Counted from the stretch's first letter, positions 17,707-27,738 are shown. The stretch: DNA of 50,349 bases from Casimicrobiaceae bacterium (GCA_050742615.1 JBOIGD010000105.1:1-50349); one strand, 5' to 3'. Made by a program: numbers and translations. Notes: generated from the letters alone by a model not told the origin.

Positions 17707-18552
17707 CTATGTCGCCGGTTCGCGGGAATCGAGAAAAAGGCGACGCATCTCTGCGCAACTGGCGTTGCGCAGGCCGAGATGTTCGATGACTTCGCGGCAC
17801 GCTCGGACGAGCTGCGCGTTATCGGTCGCGATGGCGCCCGACGCAAGATGCAGATTATTCTCGAAGCCCACGCGCACGTGGCCGCCGAGCAGCGCCGCCA
17901 TCGTCACGCAGCGCAGCTCCGCGGCGCCGAAGGCGCACGCCGACCATGGCCACGCGGTCGGAAGCCGGGCCACGAGCGGCGGCAGTTCGGCCGGACGGCC
18001 GGCGCGGCGCTGCGCATAGGATCCGAGAACTAGGAGAACATGCGGCGCGGCCTGCGCAATCACGCCATCTGCATGCAGTCGCACCAGGCCCGCCATGTCA
18101 TTTTCGTCGTAGACGATGTACTGCACTAGCGCATCACGCTGAACCAGTTCCGCAATGAAGTGCGCAATCTCTTTTTCGAGCGCCGGATCGCTCCATAACT
18201 CGCGCACGGCGAGCGACAGCGCTTGCGGCGCCAGCTCGCGCGCATGTGCTATCTGCTGTGCCGGCGTATAGCGGCCGCCGCTTTCGGTGGTCACCTGAAG
18301 CACAAGATCGGCGCCCACCCGCCAACGTATGGCGTCGATCGCGGCACGATAGTCGTCGGCCTCGAGGCTATGCCGGCCCGCGGCGTCGCGCACGTGCAGA
18401 TGCATCATCGAGGCGCCGGCCACAAGGCAATCCTCCGCGCATTGCGCGAGCTCGTCGGGGGTAAGCGGAAGGCGCGGATGGTCGCCACGTGTCCTGCGCG
18501 CGCCGTTGGGTGCCACCGCGATCGCCACCGCAAGGCTCGCTTGCTCACTCAT
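17707..18552 (-). CDS. 3-keto-5-aminohexanoate cleavage enzyme family protein (BKACE, DUF849)
   Basis: [54 protein letters not shown] matches the BKACE N-terminal TIM-barrel pattern. Its start overlaps the upstream aminotransferase stop by 4 nt. Confidence 0.75.
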   Translation of the reverse strand: MSEQASLAVAIAVAPNGARRTRGDHPRLPLTPDELAQCAEDCLVAGASMMHLHVRDAAGRHSLEADDYRAAIDAIRWRVGADLVLQVTTESGGRYTPAQQIAHARELAPQALSLAVRELWSDPALEKEIAHFIAELVQRDALVQYIVYDENDMAGLVRLHADGVIAQAAPHVLLVLGSYAQRRAGRPAELPPLVARLPTAWPWSACAFGAAELRCVTMAALLGGHVRVGFENNLHLASGAIATDNAQLVRACREVIEHLGLRNASCAEMRRLFLDSREPAT

Positions 18553-19931
18553 GCTGCAGTCGTTCGCAGCATCGGCGCATCGGCGACCGCGGCGTCGATC
18601 GCCTCGCCCAAGCGCTGAACGATCTCGTCGATCTCCGCCGGCGTGCTGATGAACGGCGGCGCCAGGAGCACGTGATCGCCGAGGTTGCCGTCGATCGTGC
18701 CGCCCATCGGATAGACCATCAGGCCGCGCGCCATCGCGGCGGCCTTGATGCGCTTGTGCAACGCGAACGCTGGGTCGAATGGCCGCTTCGAATCGCGATC
18801 GACCACGAGCTCGACAGCCATGAACAGGCCGCGGCCACGGATATCGCCCACGAAGCGATCCGAGTCGAAGCGCTCATGCAACCGATCCGCGAGGCGCGCA
18901 CCGAGCGCGTTGACGGCGTCGAGCAAGCGGTCGCGCTGGATGACCTGCTGCACCGCCAACGCGGCGGCGCACGCGACCGCATGCCCGAGGTAGGTGTGAC
19001 CGTGCTGGAACTGGCCGCTGCCGCGGCTCAGCGCGTCGACGATCCGCCCCTGAACGAGCACCCCACCGATCGCTTGATAGCCGGCCCCCAGCCCCTTGGC
19101 GATGGCCATGAGGTCCGGGATCACTTGTTCCTGTTCGCACGCGTAAAGCGTGCCGGTACGCCCCATGCCGCACATGACCTCGTCGGCGATGAACAGGATG
19201 CCGTGACGATCGCAGACTTCACGGACGCGGCGGAAATAGCCCGGCACCGGCGGCACGGCCCCGGACGTTGCGCCCCCGACGGTCTCCGCGCAAAACGCAA
19301 TCACGCTATCCGGACCGAGCCGCTGCACCGCGTCCTCGAGCTCGCGGCCGAGTCTCTCGCCATAGGCCACCGGCGACTCGCCGTCGCGGCGGTCGCGGTA
19401 TTCGTAGCACGGGGCGACGTGAGTGACATCGATCAAGAGCGGCGCGAACTGCTTGCGCCGCCATGCATTGCCCCCGACGGCCAGCGCGCCGAGCGTATTG
19501 CCGTGATAGCTCTGCCGCCGCGCGATGAAATGGCGTCTCTGTGGCTGGCCGATCTCAACGAAATATTGCCGGGCGAGCTTGAGCGCGGCCTCCATCGCCT
19601 CCGAACCCCCCGATACCAGGTAGACCTGCGCCATGCCGGCCGGCGCATGCTCGATCAGATGATCGGCGAGACTCTCGGCCACTTCAGTGGTGAAGAAGCT
19701 CGTGTGCGCGTACGCGATCTTGTCGATCTGGGCGCGCATCGCGTGGAGGACGTCGGGATGATTGTGACCGAGGCACGACACGGCAGCGCCTCCCGACGCA
19801 TCGAGGTATTCCCGCCCGTCCGCATCGACGACCGTGATGCGGTGTGCGCCCGCTGCTATGGGAGGCGTCACACGCGACTGTCGGTGCAGGATGTGCGTCA
19901 CGCGCGCGCCCGGTACCCAGTCTCGCGCCAA
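18549..19931 (-). CDS. Class-III (omega) aminotransferase, PLP-dependent
   Basis: YLDASGGAAVSCLGHNHP, VSGGSEAMEAALKLAR, LFIADEVMCGMGRTGTLYACEQE (PLP region), HGHTYLGH. The start may be slightly downstream, because 19898-19931 overlaps the RpiR gene. Confidence 0.9.
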   Translation of the reverse strand: MARDWVPGARVTHILHRQSRVTPPIAAGAHRITVVDADGREYLDASGGAAVSCLGHNHPDVLHAMRAQIDKIAYAHTSFFTTEVAESLADHLIEHAPAGMAQVYLVSGGSEAMEAALKLARQYFVEIGQPQRRHFIARRQSYHGNTLGALAVGGNAWRRKQFAPLLIDVTHVAPCYEYRDRRDGESPVAYGERLGRELEDAVQRLGPDSVIAFCAETVGGATSGAVPPVPGYFRRVREVCDRHGILFIADEVMCGMGRTGTLYACEQEQVIPDLMAIAKGLGAGYQAIGGVLVQGRIVDALSRGSGQFQHGHTYLGHAVACAAALAVQQVIQRDRLLDAVNALGARLADRLHERFDSDRFVGDIRGRGLFMAVELVVDRDSKRPFDPAFALHKRIKAAAMARGLMVYPMGGTIDGNLGDHVLLAPPFISTPAEIDEIVQRLGEAIDAAVADAPMLRTTAA

Positions 19932-20818
19932 TACGCGTGCGAGGCCGCGAGCCGACGCTCGACTTCGGCGAGGCGGTTGAGCACCTTCTTCCCGCCACGA
20001 GCCGCGAGCTGGGCAAGCAGCAACTCGACCAGCGCAAGCGGTGCGATCATCGAAGGGAAGAACGACAGCGACTCGGTGCCGAACAGCAACGTATGATCGG
20101 CGCGGCGCGCCAGCGGAGACATCGCGCTATCCGAAAAAGCGATGATCTTGACGCCACGCTGCCGCGCCGCCTCGACGGCCAGCACCGTGGGAGCGGAATA
20201 CGGCAGCTGGCTCACTGCCACCAGCACATCGCCGCGCTCGAGCGCTTCCGCCTGGTCCAGCAGAAATCCGCCCAGACCGTCGAACAACACTCCATTGGTG
20301 GCGATCAGACTGTAGGCGTAGCGAAAGTAAAAGGCGATGCTGAAGCTAGCGCGCACGCCGAGGAATCCGACCCGCCGGGCACGGGCGATGGCCTCGGCCG
20401 TCGCCGTAATCGCTGCCGGCTTGTTAAGCACCTGCACCGATTGAACATCGCCGATCTGCGCGTCGACGATCTTGCGCGCGAGCTTTCCTGTGCGGCTCGC
20501 GGCCGGCGTGGATTGCAGGGCGGAGGCCCGCCGGCCGAAGACGGAGCCGCCGGCTATGGCCTCCCGAAAAGGCCGGCGCAGCGACGCGTAGTCGGCGAAC
20601 CCGAGAACCCTCGCAAGTCGCACCATCGTAGGCGCGGAAACGCCTGCCTGAATTGCCTGTTGCCGCATCGACAGCAACGCTACGTCGCTCGAGTGGTCGC
20701 ACATCCAGCGTGCTGCGCGCTGCAGCTCCGGCGATAGCGCTTCGAATGCCTTCCTCGCGCGACGAAGCACCTCGGCAGGGTCGGTCGGCGGCGCGGACGC
20801 CCGGGCTAAAGCCTTCAT
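19898..20818 (-). CDS. MurR/RpiR-family transcriptional regulator (HTH_6 + SIS domain)
   Basis: N-terminal ELQRAARWMCDHSSDVALLSMRQQAIQAGVSAPTMVRLARVLGFADYASLR. The C-terminal SIS pattern is RRVGFLGVRASFSIAFYF...GDVLVAVSQLPYS. Confidence 0.85.
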   Translation of the reverse strand: MKALARASAPPTDPAEVLRRARKAFEALSPELQRAARWMCDHSSDVALLSMRQQAIQAGVSAPTMVRLARVLGFADYASLRRPFREAIAGGSVFGRRASALQSTPAASRTGKLARKIVDAQIGDVQSVQVLNKPAAITATAEAIARARRVGFLGVRASFSIAFYFRYAYSLIATNGVLFDGLGGFLLDQAEALERGDVLVAVSQLPYSAPTVLAVEAARQRGVKIIAFSDSAMSPLARRADHTLLFGTESLSFFPSMIAPLALVELLLAQLAARGGKKVLNRLAEVERRLAASHAYWRETGYRARA

Positions 20819-21233
20819 TTAACGAATGTTGCACTGGGCTTGCTTTTATTACAAGTGTTTCATCGCGCAAACGTATTCGTCCGAGGCGTCACACGTTATT
20901 CCATCCATTTCCTCAGCGCCGCTGGGGTTCGGCCCCATTTGGTAGGCCCCCGGCAACGGCCGCGAAAAAGGGTTCGCTCGAAAAGACAGGGGGGTGTGAA
21001 AACAGTTCCAGAAGGCGGCCCTCCGAACTATAGTCCCGGCCCACGCTGGCGGAGCGGTCCGAAGTCCTGTGCGGTGTCCTCCGAACTACGCCCGTTGGAG
21101 TAGGCGGCTGTACGGCTATGCCGGCCCGCTGTGAGCCCCACAAAATTGAAAAGGCCTGCGTCTGCGGCAAGCCCTTGAATGTTTGGTTGCGGAAACCTGC
21201 AACCCACGGGAAGCGGATGGTCGGCTCACTCCA

Positions 21234-22097
21234 TCACTGGAGCGCTCGCTTTTTCGATTCATCGCGAAACAATGAATTGAGCTCATGGCCAGAAGGCGCG
21301 TCGATGAACCCATCGAATCTACCTTGCTCCGCAATCAACCTGGCAGCACGCATAAATCCACCCCAGGCTGAGCGCGCGAGCGCACCGCCAACACTGACTC
21401 GCCGCACCCCGAGCGCGGAGATCTCCTGCATCGTGAGCTCGGTCACCGACCCAATCAGCAGATTGAGCGGCTTCGGTGCGACGCCTGCGACCACGGCCGC
21501 GATTTGATCGCGCGTGTGGATACCCGGTGCATAGAGGCAGTCGGCACCGGCCTGTGCGTAGGCCTTGAGCCTCCCGACCGTTTCGTCGAGATCGGGTCGA
21601 CCCACAAGAAAACATTCGGCGCGTGCGACAAGAAGCGTATCTCCGCCCGCCTTATCGACGGCACTTCGCGCGGCGCGAATCCTCTCGACCGCGACGCTCA
21701 GCTCATAGAGCGGCTTCGCCGCATCGCCGGTCGAATCTTCTATCGACAGTCCCGCCACCCCGGTCCCAACGGCGAGACGTACGCTCTCTGCAACGCCGGC
21801 CGCATCGAGCGCGAAGCCACTTTCGAAGTCAGCATTCACCGGCAAATCGGTGGCGGCGACAATGTCCTGCAGGTGGGCGAGCGCCATGGCGCGCGAAATG
21901 GCGCCATCGGGACGTCCCTGCGACCAGGCAAAGCCGGAACTCGTGGTGGCAAGCGCCTTGAAGCCGAGGCGTTGCAGAAAACGCGCGCTTCCCACGTCCC
22001 ACGGATTTGGGATGATAAAACAGCCGGCCTCATGCAACTGCTGAAAAACGCGGCGCTTGTCGGCGATGCTGGGGCGAGTCTCGGCCATTCGAAGCAC
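21234..22097 (-). CDS. Isocitrate lyase / PEP mutase superfamily protein (2-methylisocitrate-lyase/oxaloacetate-decarboxylase-like)
   Basis: IIPNPWDVGSARFLQRLGFKALATTSSGFA...PVNADFESGF...AGLSIEDS are the family's conserved substrate and Mg-binding stretches. Confidence 0.8.
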   Translation of the reverse strand: MLRMAETRPSIADKRRVFQQLHEAGCFIIPNPWDVGSARFLQRLGFKALATTSSGFAWSQGRPDGAISRAMALAHLQDIVAATDLPVNADFESGFALDAAGVAESVRLAVGTGVAGLSIEDSTGDAAKPLYELSVAVERIRAARSAVDKAGGDTLLVARAECFLVGRPDLDETVGRLKAYAQAGADCLYAPGIHTRDQIAAVVAGVAPKPLNLLIGSVTELTMQEISALGVRRVSVGGALARSAWGGFMRAARLIAEQGRFDGFIDAPSGHELNSLFRDESKKRALQ

Positions 22098-22172
22098 TCC
22101 TGGTTCGATACAGTTGGTTGCAGAAATCCAACGTCGCGATGGCCTTTGGCGATCCGGTCCATGCGGATGCGC

Positions 22173-23033
22173 TCAGACAGCGCGGTTTGGCAAAGATCTC
22201 GGATCGTTGTAGCTCTTCACGTCGGTGCCCCGATAGAGAATCTGCGCATTGCGCTCGGCGATCTTCTTGTGCAGGGCGATGAATTCAGGGTCCATGTCCC
22301 GTGAGGGACGCGGCTCAAGCTCGAAATGATGATGGCGGTCGACGCCCCGCACCAGCGTAGCGCTGTCCTCGCCGGCAATCTGTGAGACGCTGGTCGGGAT
22401 ATAGCGGATGGCGAAGCCTATGCGCCGGTCGTTCGACGGATTCGGGGGCGACCCGTGCACGAGGCGCACATGGTGCAGCGACATTTCGCCGGGCTGCAAT
22501 TCGATCACCGTGGCCTTCGACGGATCCACCTGCACTGTGACTTCCTGGCCCCGGGTGAGCAGGTTGTTCCGGGAGAAGGTATCGCGATGAGGAATCTGCT
22601 CCGAAGTGTGCGTGCCAGGTATGAATCCCATGGCGCCGTTGGCCCGATTGCTCGGCGTAAAGGCGACCCACGTGGTGACCACATCCGGCCTGCTCAGGCC
22701 CCAATAGGTCGAATCCTGGTGCCAGGAGACGAAGGCCGGATGGTTCGCCTCCTTGATGAAGAAGTTCGTCGTCCAGCACAGCAGGTCGGGACCGTACAGG
22801 TCGGCTACCGCGTCGACAATGCGGGCTTGCCGAACGAGATCGCCGAGCCAGGAGAACAGAAGATGCGACTTGTGGCGCAGGTCTCCGCCGAGCGGCCCTC
22901 CGGCCTTGGCTTCGAACGCCTCGAGCCGGTGCCGGAACTCCAGCGCATCGCTTTCCGACATCACCCGGATGGGAAAAACGCAGCCATCGCGCCAGAACTG
23001 TTCAACCTGCGACTGACTGAGGACATTGGGCAT
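22173..23033 (-). CDS. Phytanoyl-CoA dioxygenase (PhyH) family Fe(II)/2-oxoglutarate dioxygenase
   Basis: LSQSQVEQFWRDGCVFPIRVMSE opening, WHQDSTYW (HxD iron ligands) and a distal LHHVRLVHGSPPN. Confidence 0.8.
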   Translation of the reverse strand: MPNVLSQSQVEQFWRDGCVFPIRVMSESDALEFRHRLEAFEAKAGGPLGGDLRHKSHLLFSWLGDLVRQARIVDAVADLYGPDLLCWTTNFFIKEANHPAFVSWHQDSTYWGLSRPDVVTTWVAFTPSNRANGAMGFIPGTHTSEQIPHRDTFSRNNLLTRGQEVTVQVDPSKATVIELQPGEMSLHHVRLVHGSPPNPSNDRRIGFAIRYIPTSVSQIAGEDSATLVRGVDRHHHFELEPRPSRDMDPEFIALHKKIAERNAQILYRGTDVKSYNDPRSLPNRAV

Positions 23034-23146
23034 GTCGGTTCTCCGATGAGATTGGCGGAGCCATGTCCGGCGACGGCCGTCCCAGCCGTCGACGACCGCC
23101 GCAGGGTCCCGGCAGGGCGGGTGCAGGTCCGTCCCGATTGGAGGGC

Positions 23147-23851
23147 TCAGGTTCCCAGGTAGTTTCGCCGCACGGCCTCGTCATCCGCGAGGTCGGCACC
23201 CGTTCCTTCGAGTGTTACTCGGCCCGTTTCGAGCACGTAGGCGCGGCCAGCCACGTCAAGGGCCATGGCCGCATTCTGCTCCGCCAGCAGAACCGCCATG
23301 CCCTTGCCGGCCAGCATCCGAATGATGCGGCTAATCTCTTGCACGATGAGCGGGGCGAGCCCGAGCGTCGGCTCGTCGAGCAGCAAGCACTTTGGTTGGG
23401 CGATGAGCCCGCGAGCGATAGCCAGCATCTGCTGCTCGCCTCCCGACATTAATCCGGCCTTCTGGCTGCGCCGCTCGGCCAGACGCGGAAACATGCTGAA
23501 CAGCGCGTCAAGGTCACCGTTGAGGTGATTGCGGTCGCGGCGATGGTAAGCGCCCATAAGCAGGTTTTCCGTGACCGTGAATTTCGGGAATATCTGTCGC
23601 CCCTCCGGCACCAGGACAATGCCGCTGTTCACGCGCTCCGCGGTAGAAGCTTCGTTCATTTTCTTGCCCTGGAACGCAATCGATCCGGAGGTCGGTTCCT
23701 TGAGTCCCATAATGGTGCGCAACGTCGTGGTCTTGCCGGCAGCATTGGCGCCGACCATGGCGACCACCTCTCCTTCGTACACCGCAAGCGACACGTCCTT
23801 AAGAACGTGGTTCTTGTCGTAATGGACGTTGATCCCCGAAAGCTCAAGCAT
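23147..23851 (-). CDS. livF: Branched-chain amino-acid ABC transporter ATP-binding protein (LivF-like)
   Basis: Walker A GANAAGKTTTL, signature MSGGEQQMLAIARGL, Walker B LLLDEPTLGLAP. There is an 8-nt overlap with livG. Confidence 0.9.
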   Translation of the reverse strand: MLELSGINVHYDKNHVLKDVSLAVYEGEVVAMVGANAAGKTTTLRTIMGLKEPTSGSIAFQGKKMNEASTAERVNSGIVLVPEGRQIFPKFTVTENLLMGAYHRRDRNHLNGDLDALFSMFPRLAERRSQKAGLMSGGEQQMLAIARGLIAQPKCLLLDEPTLGLAPLIVQEISRIIRMLAGKGMAVLLAEQNAAMALDVAGRAYVLETGRVTLEGTGADLADDEAVRRNYLGT

Positions 23852-24650
23852 GCCCGCGTCCCAGGTACGCCTCGATCACCGCGCTATCTCGCAGCACTTC
23901 GTCCGGACGTCCTTCGGCGATCTTGGCTCCGTGATGAATGACGATAGCGCGGTCGGCGAGCTTGCCCAGGAAGCTCACCCGATGGTCGATGACGCAAAGC
24001 GTCGTCCCATGCTGGCGCAGGTCCCGCAGAACTTCATCGAGATTCTGGATTTCCTCGTGACCGAGGCCGCTACCCGGCTCGTCGAGTAGCAGCAGCTCGG
24101 GCTCGCACATCAGCGCCATCGCCACGCCCAACATCTTCTCGCCCCCGTACGACAGGCTGCTGGCCGGCTGGTCGCGGAATGCGTCCAGACGGCATAGTCG
24201 GAGTATGCGGCCAATGCGCTCCACAAAATCGGCCGTGCTGGTGTCAAGGCGGAATCGAGGCAACAAGGTCGCAACCCGCCGCCATCCGGACTGGCGCTTC
24301 AGCCGAAGGTGTCCGGCGATCGCAATGTTGTCGAATACCGAGAGCTCACGGAACAGTTGCGGATTCTGGAAGGTCTTCACGATTCCGGCTTCGGCAATTT
24401 CGTGCGGTTGGCGACCGTTTAGCTCGTGCGATTTCCACAGCAGCGTGCCCTCGGATGGAAGATAAACGCCGGAAATGAGGTTGAGCAGCGTCGTCTTGCC
24501 GGAACCATTGGGTCCGAACACGCCGACAATCTCGCCTTTGTCGAGACGGAACGACATGTCCGACACTGCGGTCAGGCCGCCGAAGCGTTTGGTCAGATTG
24601 CGGACTTCAAGAAACACGGCGCAGCCTCGACAGAATTCCGACAATGCCAT
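23844..24650 (-). CDS. livG: Branched-chain amino-acid ABC transporter ATP-binding protein (LivG-like)
   Basis: LEVRNLTKRFGGLTAVSDMSF, Walker A GPNGSGKTT, signature LSYGGEKMLGVAMAL, Walker B LLLDEPGSGL. The GTG at 24617 (VFLEVRN...) is a likely alternative start. Confidence 0.9.
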   Translation of the reverse strand: MALSEFCRGCAVFLEVRNLTKRFGGLTAVSDMSFRLDKGEIVGVFGPNGSGKTTLLNLISGVYLPSEGTLLWKSHELNGRQPHEIAEAGIVKTFQNPQLFRELSVFDNIAIAGHLRLKRQSGWRRVATLLPRFRLDTSTADFVERIGRILRLCRLDAFRDQPASSLSYGGEKMLGVAMALMCEPELLLLDEPGSGLGHEEIQNLDEVLRDLRQHGTTLCVIDHRVSFLGKLADRAIVIHHGAKIAEGRPDEVLRDSAVIEAYLGRGHA

Positions 24651-25542
24651 GCGGCATCGCGAGGATGGTCGTGATCAAGATCAGTCCATACACCAGCAGC
24701 CTCGCTTCGGCGTTGAGATCGATTACATGCGGCAGCGCGGTCAGCACCAGAGCACCGACAATCGGTGCCGCCACGAAATCGCGGCCGCCCAAGAGAACCA
24801 TCGCGATGATCGCGAGTGACTGATCGATCGAGAAGTAGTTGGGATCGATGTAGCCTATGTAGAACGCGTACAGGCTGCCGGCCACGGCCGCGCCGGCATT
24901 CGCGGCCACGAACGATATCAACTTGTAGCGGAAAACATTGATGCCCAGCGTGTCCGCAAGTTCGTCATTGAGTCGAATCGACGCGAAGCACCGCCCCATC
25001 CATGAGTGGACGATGCGTGAATAAAAAATTACGGCTATGACCACCAGGGCCAGACTCAGGTAGTACCACATCAGCGTTCCCTCGACCGCGATCGTGCCAC
25101 GCCCGGGAAGCCACAATGTAGGCGTCATCGTGAAATTGACGCCGAGCGAGCCATTAGTGAAGCTGTTCCAGTTCAGGATGATAAGCCGGGCGAGCTCGGA
25201 GAATGCCAGCGTGACAATGGCGAAATACAGTTCCCTCAGCTTGAAGCGGAAACAGATAGCGCCAACGATGATCGAGATCAGCACAACGAACACGACCCCC
25301 ACGGCCATGCCCAGCCAGAACGAGATCGCCCAATGGGCCATCGAGAGATAGGTGGCGTAGGCGGACAGTCCGAAGGCACCCGCGTGGAACAGCGACAACT
25401 GCCCGGTAAAGCCAAAGATTAGATTGAAGCTTACGGCGAGGATTCCGAGAATGAACGTGAATATCAGTATGGTGAGGACGACGTTGCTGTGTACCACCGC
25501 CGGTACCAACAGCAGGGGAATCCAGAGGAGCCACGGTCTCAT
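24607..25542 (-). CDS. livM: Branched-chain amino-acid ABC transporter permease (LivM-like)
   Basis: The ATG at 25542 overlaps the livH stop (ATGA) and gives a hydrophobic protein, MRPWLLWIPLLLVPAVV.... The 173 codons upstream in the track ORF (to 26061) are off-frame over livH. Confidence 0.9.
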   Translation of the reverse strand: MRPWLLWIPLLLVPAVVHSNVVLTILIFTFILGILAVSFNLIFGFTGQLSLFHAGAFGLSAYATYLSMAHWAISFWLGMAVGVVFVVLISIIVGAICFRFKLRELYFAIVTLAFSELARLIILNWNSFTNGSLGVNFTMTPTLWLPGRGTIAVEGTLMWYYLSLALVVIAVIFYSRIVHSWMGRCFASIRLNDELADTLGINVFRYKLISFVAANAGAAVAGSLYAFYIGYIDPNYFSIDQSLAIIAMVLLGGRDFVAAPIVGALVLTALPHVIDLNAEARLLVYGLILITTILAMPHGIVGILSRLRRVS

Positions 25543-26399
25543 CGGTTGGAAGCGAACAATCCGGCAGGCTTTAACAGCAGTATCAGCACCAGGAAAATCA
25601 GCCCGTAGGCATCGTTGTAGGCCGATGGAAGAAAGATCGATCCAACGCCTTCCGCAACGCCAATGATGATGCCGCCGGCGAAGGAGCCCATCACGCTGCC
25701 GATGCCAGCGAGAATCGCGCCTTCCACTCCTTTGAGAATGTAACCGCTGCCGATTTCGGGCGTGATCGAGTAAAGACTCGCGTAGAGAGCCCCACCGAGC
25801 CCTGCCAGAGCTGCCGAATAGGCGGCGACCCCCGCCTGCAACAGCTTGGTCCGCACGCCCATCAACGCCGCGGCTTCCGGGTTCTGAGCGTACGCGTAGG
25901 CGGCACGGCCAGCCCAGGTCCGCGTAAGCGCGGCATAGGTGAACAAAATCACTCCGAGCAGCACGACGAACACCACCGCCTTCATTTTCGGCACGATCAC
26001 TCCACCGATCCTGAAGACGCCCGGAAGCACATAATGCATGTTCTGCGGCGTGGTGGTCCACACCATCAGTACCACGGCCACGATCACGGAAATCAGCCCG
26101 ATCGACACGATCAAGCCGTTGATCAGGTTGTTACGGGTAAAGCGAAACAACACCTGATCGGCAACCAGCCCGAGTACGGCAACGCAGACCACCGCCAGGG
26201 GCACCGCCAACGGATAGGCGAGCCCGGTACCGTCGGTCAGGTACCATGTGATGTAGGCTCCGAGCATCATGAACGCGCCAAGCGCGAAGTTCACAATGCC
26301 CGTAATGCCGAACGTCAATGTTACACCCAGCGCGATGATTGCATAGAGCGTTCCGACAATGATGCCGTTGAGCAGCTGGCCTACGACAAGCTGCAGCAT
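25539..26399 (-). CDS. livH: Branched-chain amino-acid ABC transporter permease (LivH-like)
   Basis: 286-aa polytopic ORF. MLQLVVGQLLNGIIVGTLYAIIALGVTLTFGITGIVNFALGAF is the canonical LivH opening. Confidence 0.9.
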   Translation of the reverse strand: MLQLVVGQLLNGIIVGTLYAIIALGVTLTFGITGIVNFALGAFMMLGAYITWYLTDGTGLAYPLAVPLAVVCVAVLGLVADQVLFRFTRNNLINGLIVSIGLISVIVAVVLMVWTTTPQNMHYVLPGVFRIGGVIVPKMKAVVFVVLLGVILFTYAALTRTWAGRAAYAYAQNPEAAALMGVRTKLLQAGVAAYSAALAGLGGALYASLYSITPEIGSGYILKGVEGAILAGIGSVMGSFAGGIIIGVAEGVGSIFLPSAYNDAYGLIFLVLILLLKPAGLFASNR

Positions 26400-26402
26400 G
26401 CC

Positions 26403-27581
26403 TTACTTCGGCTGCGGGTGAGTTACCGTGATCTTGCCGCCTTTCTGCACATCGACGATGTCAAAATTGAATATCTCTTCACCCGTCTGATCATAGCGAA
26501 TCTTCCACAGTCCGTCGTAAGTGAACGACTCTAGCGCCTTCTTCACTTTCGCGACATCATCCACCGTTCCCGCGCGTTTCATCGCCTCCACCAGCATATA
26601 GACGTGGTCGTAGCATGACGACGAGCACAACGGCGCCTGGTCGTAAGGAAACTCCTTGGTCTTGTAGTACGTTTTGTAGTCTTCGATGAATTTCTTCACC
26701 TTCGGCTCAGTGTTCTGCGCCTCTTCGAAGTATTTCGGAATATAGGCGACGTAGTCGTCGATGTAGTCCTTGTTCTTGAGTGCCGGCCCGAGCGAGCCGC
26801 GAACCAGCCAGAACTTCGTCAGCCCGAGCTGGGTCGCTTGCTGCACGATATCGTAGAGCACTGAGTCAGTGTATCCGGGGAACAGGTAATCGGGCTTCGC
26901 CGCCGCGATTTTGGCAAGTACCGCGGAATAGTCCTTGCTGCCGGGCTCGAACCAGTTTTCCTGAAATTCGATGCCTGCGCTCTTGAACGCCGCCCGGTAG
27001 ATGTCTGCAGCCACATGCCCGAAAGCGTCGTTCTGCATCAGCATCGCAACGTTCTTGATACCCTTTTTTTTCAGGTAATCGACCATCAAAGTGCCGAAAC
27101 CGCTCTCTCCCGCATCCCAATTCCAACTGCGCATCAGGTAGGTATTGCCGGGCTTGCCCAGTTCGTAGTGAATCTGGGTCGCGCCACCCATCAACAGAAA
27201 CGTGCCGTCATGTTGCCTGGCGTAGCCTTCGATACCCTTGAACACATTGGTGAGGAATGGGCCGAACACATACTTGACCTTGTCCTCCTCCAGCAGCTTC
27301 TTGAGCTGGATCAGCGCCTGCTGGGGGTTGCCCTGCGTGTCAGGATTGATCAACTGCAGCTTGTAGGTCTTGCCCGCGACCTGGAATCCGCCGGCCTTGT
27401 TGATTTCGTCCACAGCCATGCGCACGCCCTGCGATGACATCCAGCCGTAGGTATTGAGCGAGCCGGTCTGGGCCTCGATCTCGCCGAGTTTCACGACTTC
27501 CTGCGCGCCCGCTGTACACGCAAAGACGGCAAATCCCATCGAAACGGCAAAGAGCCTCAGTGACAAGACTAAAACTTTCAT
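26403..27581 (-). CDS. Branched-chain/aliphatic amino-acid-type ABC substrate-binding protein (Peripla_BP_6, LivK-like)
   Basis: The ATG at 27581 is preceded by GGAGGGGA. Signal peptide MKVLVLSLRLFAVSMGFAVFACTAGAQE, then VKLGEIEAQTGSLNTYG...AVDEINKAGG. Confidence 0.88.
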   Translation of the reverse strand: MKVLVLSLRLFAVSMGFAVFACTAGAQEVVKLGEIEAQTGSLNTYGWMSSQGVRMAVDEINKAGGFQVAGKTYKLQLINPDTQGNPQQALIQLKKLLEEDKVKYVFGPFLTNVFKGIEGYARQHDGTFLLMGGATQIHYELGKPGNTYLMRSWNWDAGESGFGTLMVDYLKKKGIKNVAMLMQNDAFGHVAADIYRAAFKSAGIEFQENWFEPGSKDYSAVLAKIAAAKPDYLFPGYTDSVLYDIVQQATQLGLTKFWLVRGSLGPALKNKDYIDDYVAYIPKYFEEAQNTEPKVKKFIEDYKTYYKTKEFPYDQAPLCSSSCYDHVYMLVEAMKRAGTVDDVAKVKKALESFTYDGLWKIRYDQTGEEIFNFDIVDVQKGGKITVTHPQPK

Positions 27582-27738
27582 ATCCCCTCCGTTAGCACTC
27601 GATTGGCAAATCAACCCTTCCGGACGTTGCGCTCGCGCGCGCCTCCGCAAATCGGCGTTTTATTTGCGGTCAATACCGATCGGTCATGCGTCGCGACCGA
27701 TCTTCAAGCGGTGGTTCACGCGACCCTTCGCGGCAGGA

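Noticed and set aside
25543-26061. 173-codon extension of the LivM ORF, and the analogous extension 34040-34669 of the chimeric glycosyltransferase ORF
   Set aside because: Both overlap well-supported genes (livH in another frame; the sulfotransferase on the opposite strand) and have non-protein-like composition.
27645-27669. Inverted repeat CCGCAAAT-N9-ATTTGCGG between the PhyH gene and the LIV binding-protein gene; also an 8-bp-stem hairpin at 8885-8908 upstream of ltaE
   Set aside because: Neither is followed by a U-tract on either strand, so I cannot call them intrinsic terminators. They may be operators or attenuators, but nothing in the sequence decides this.
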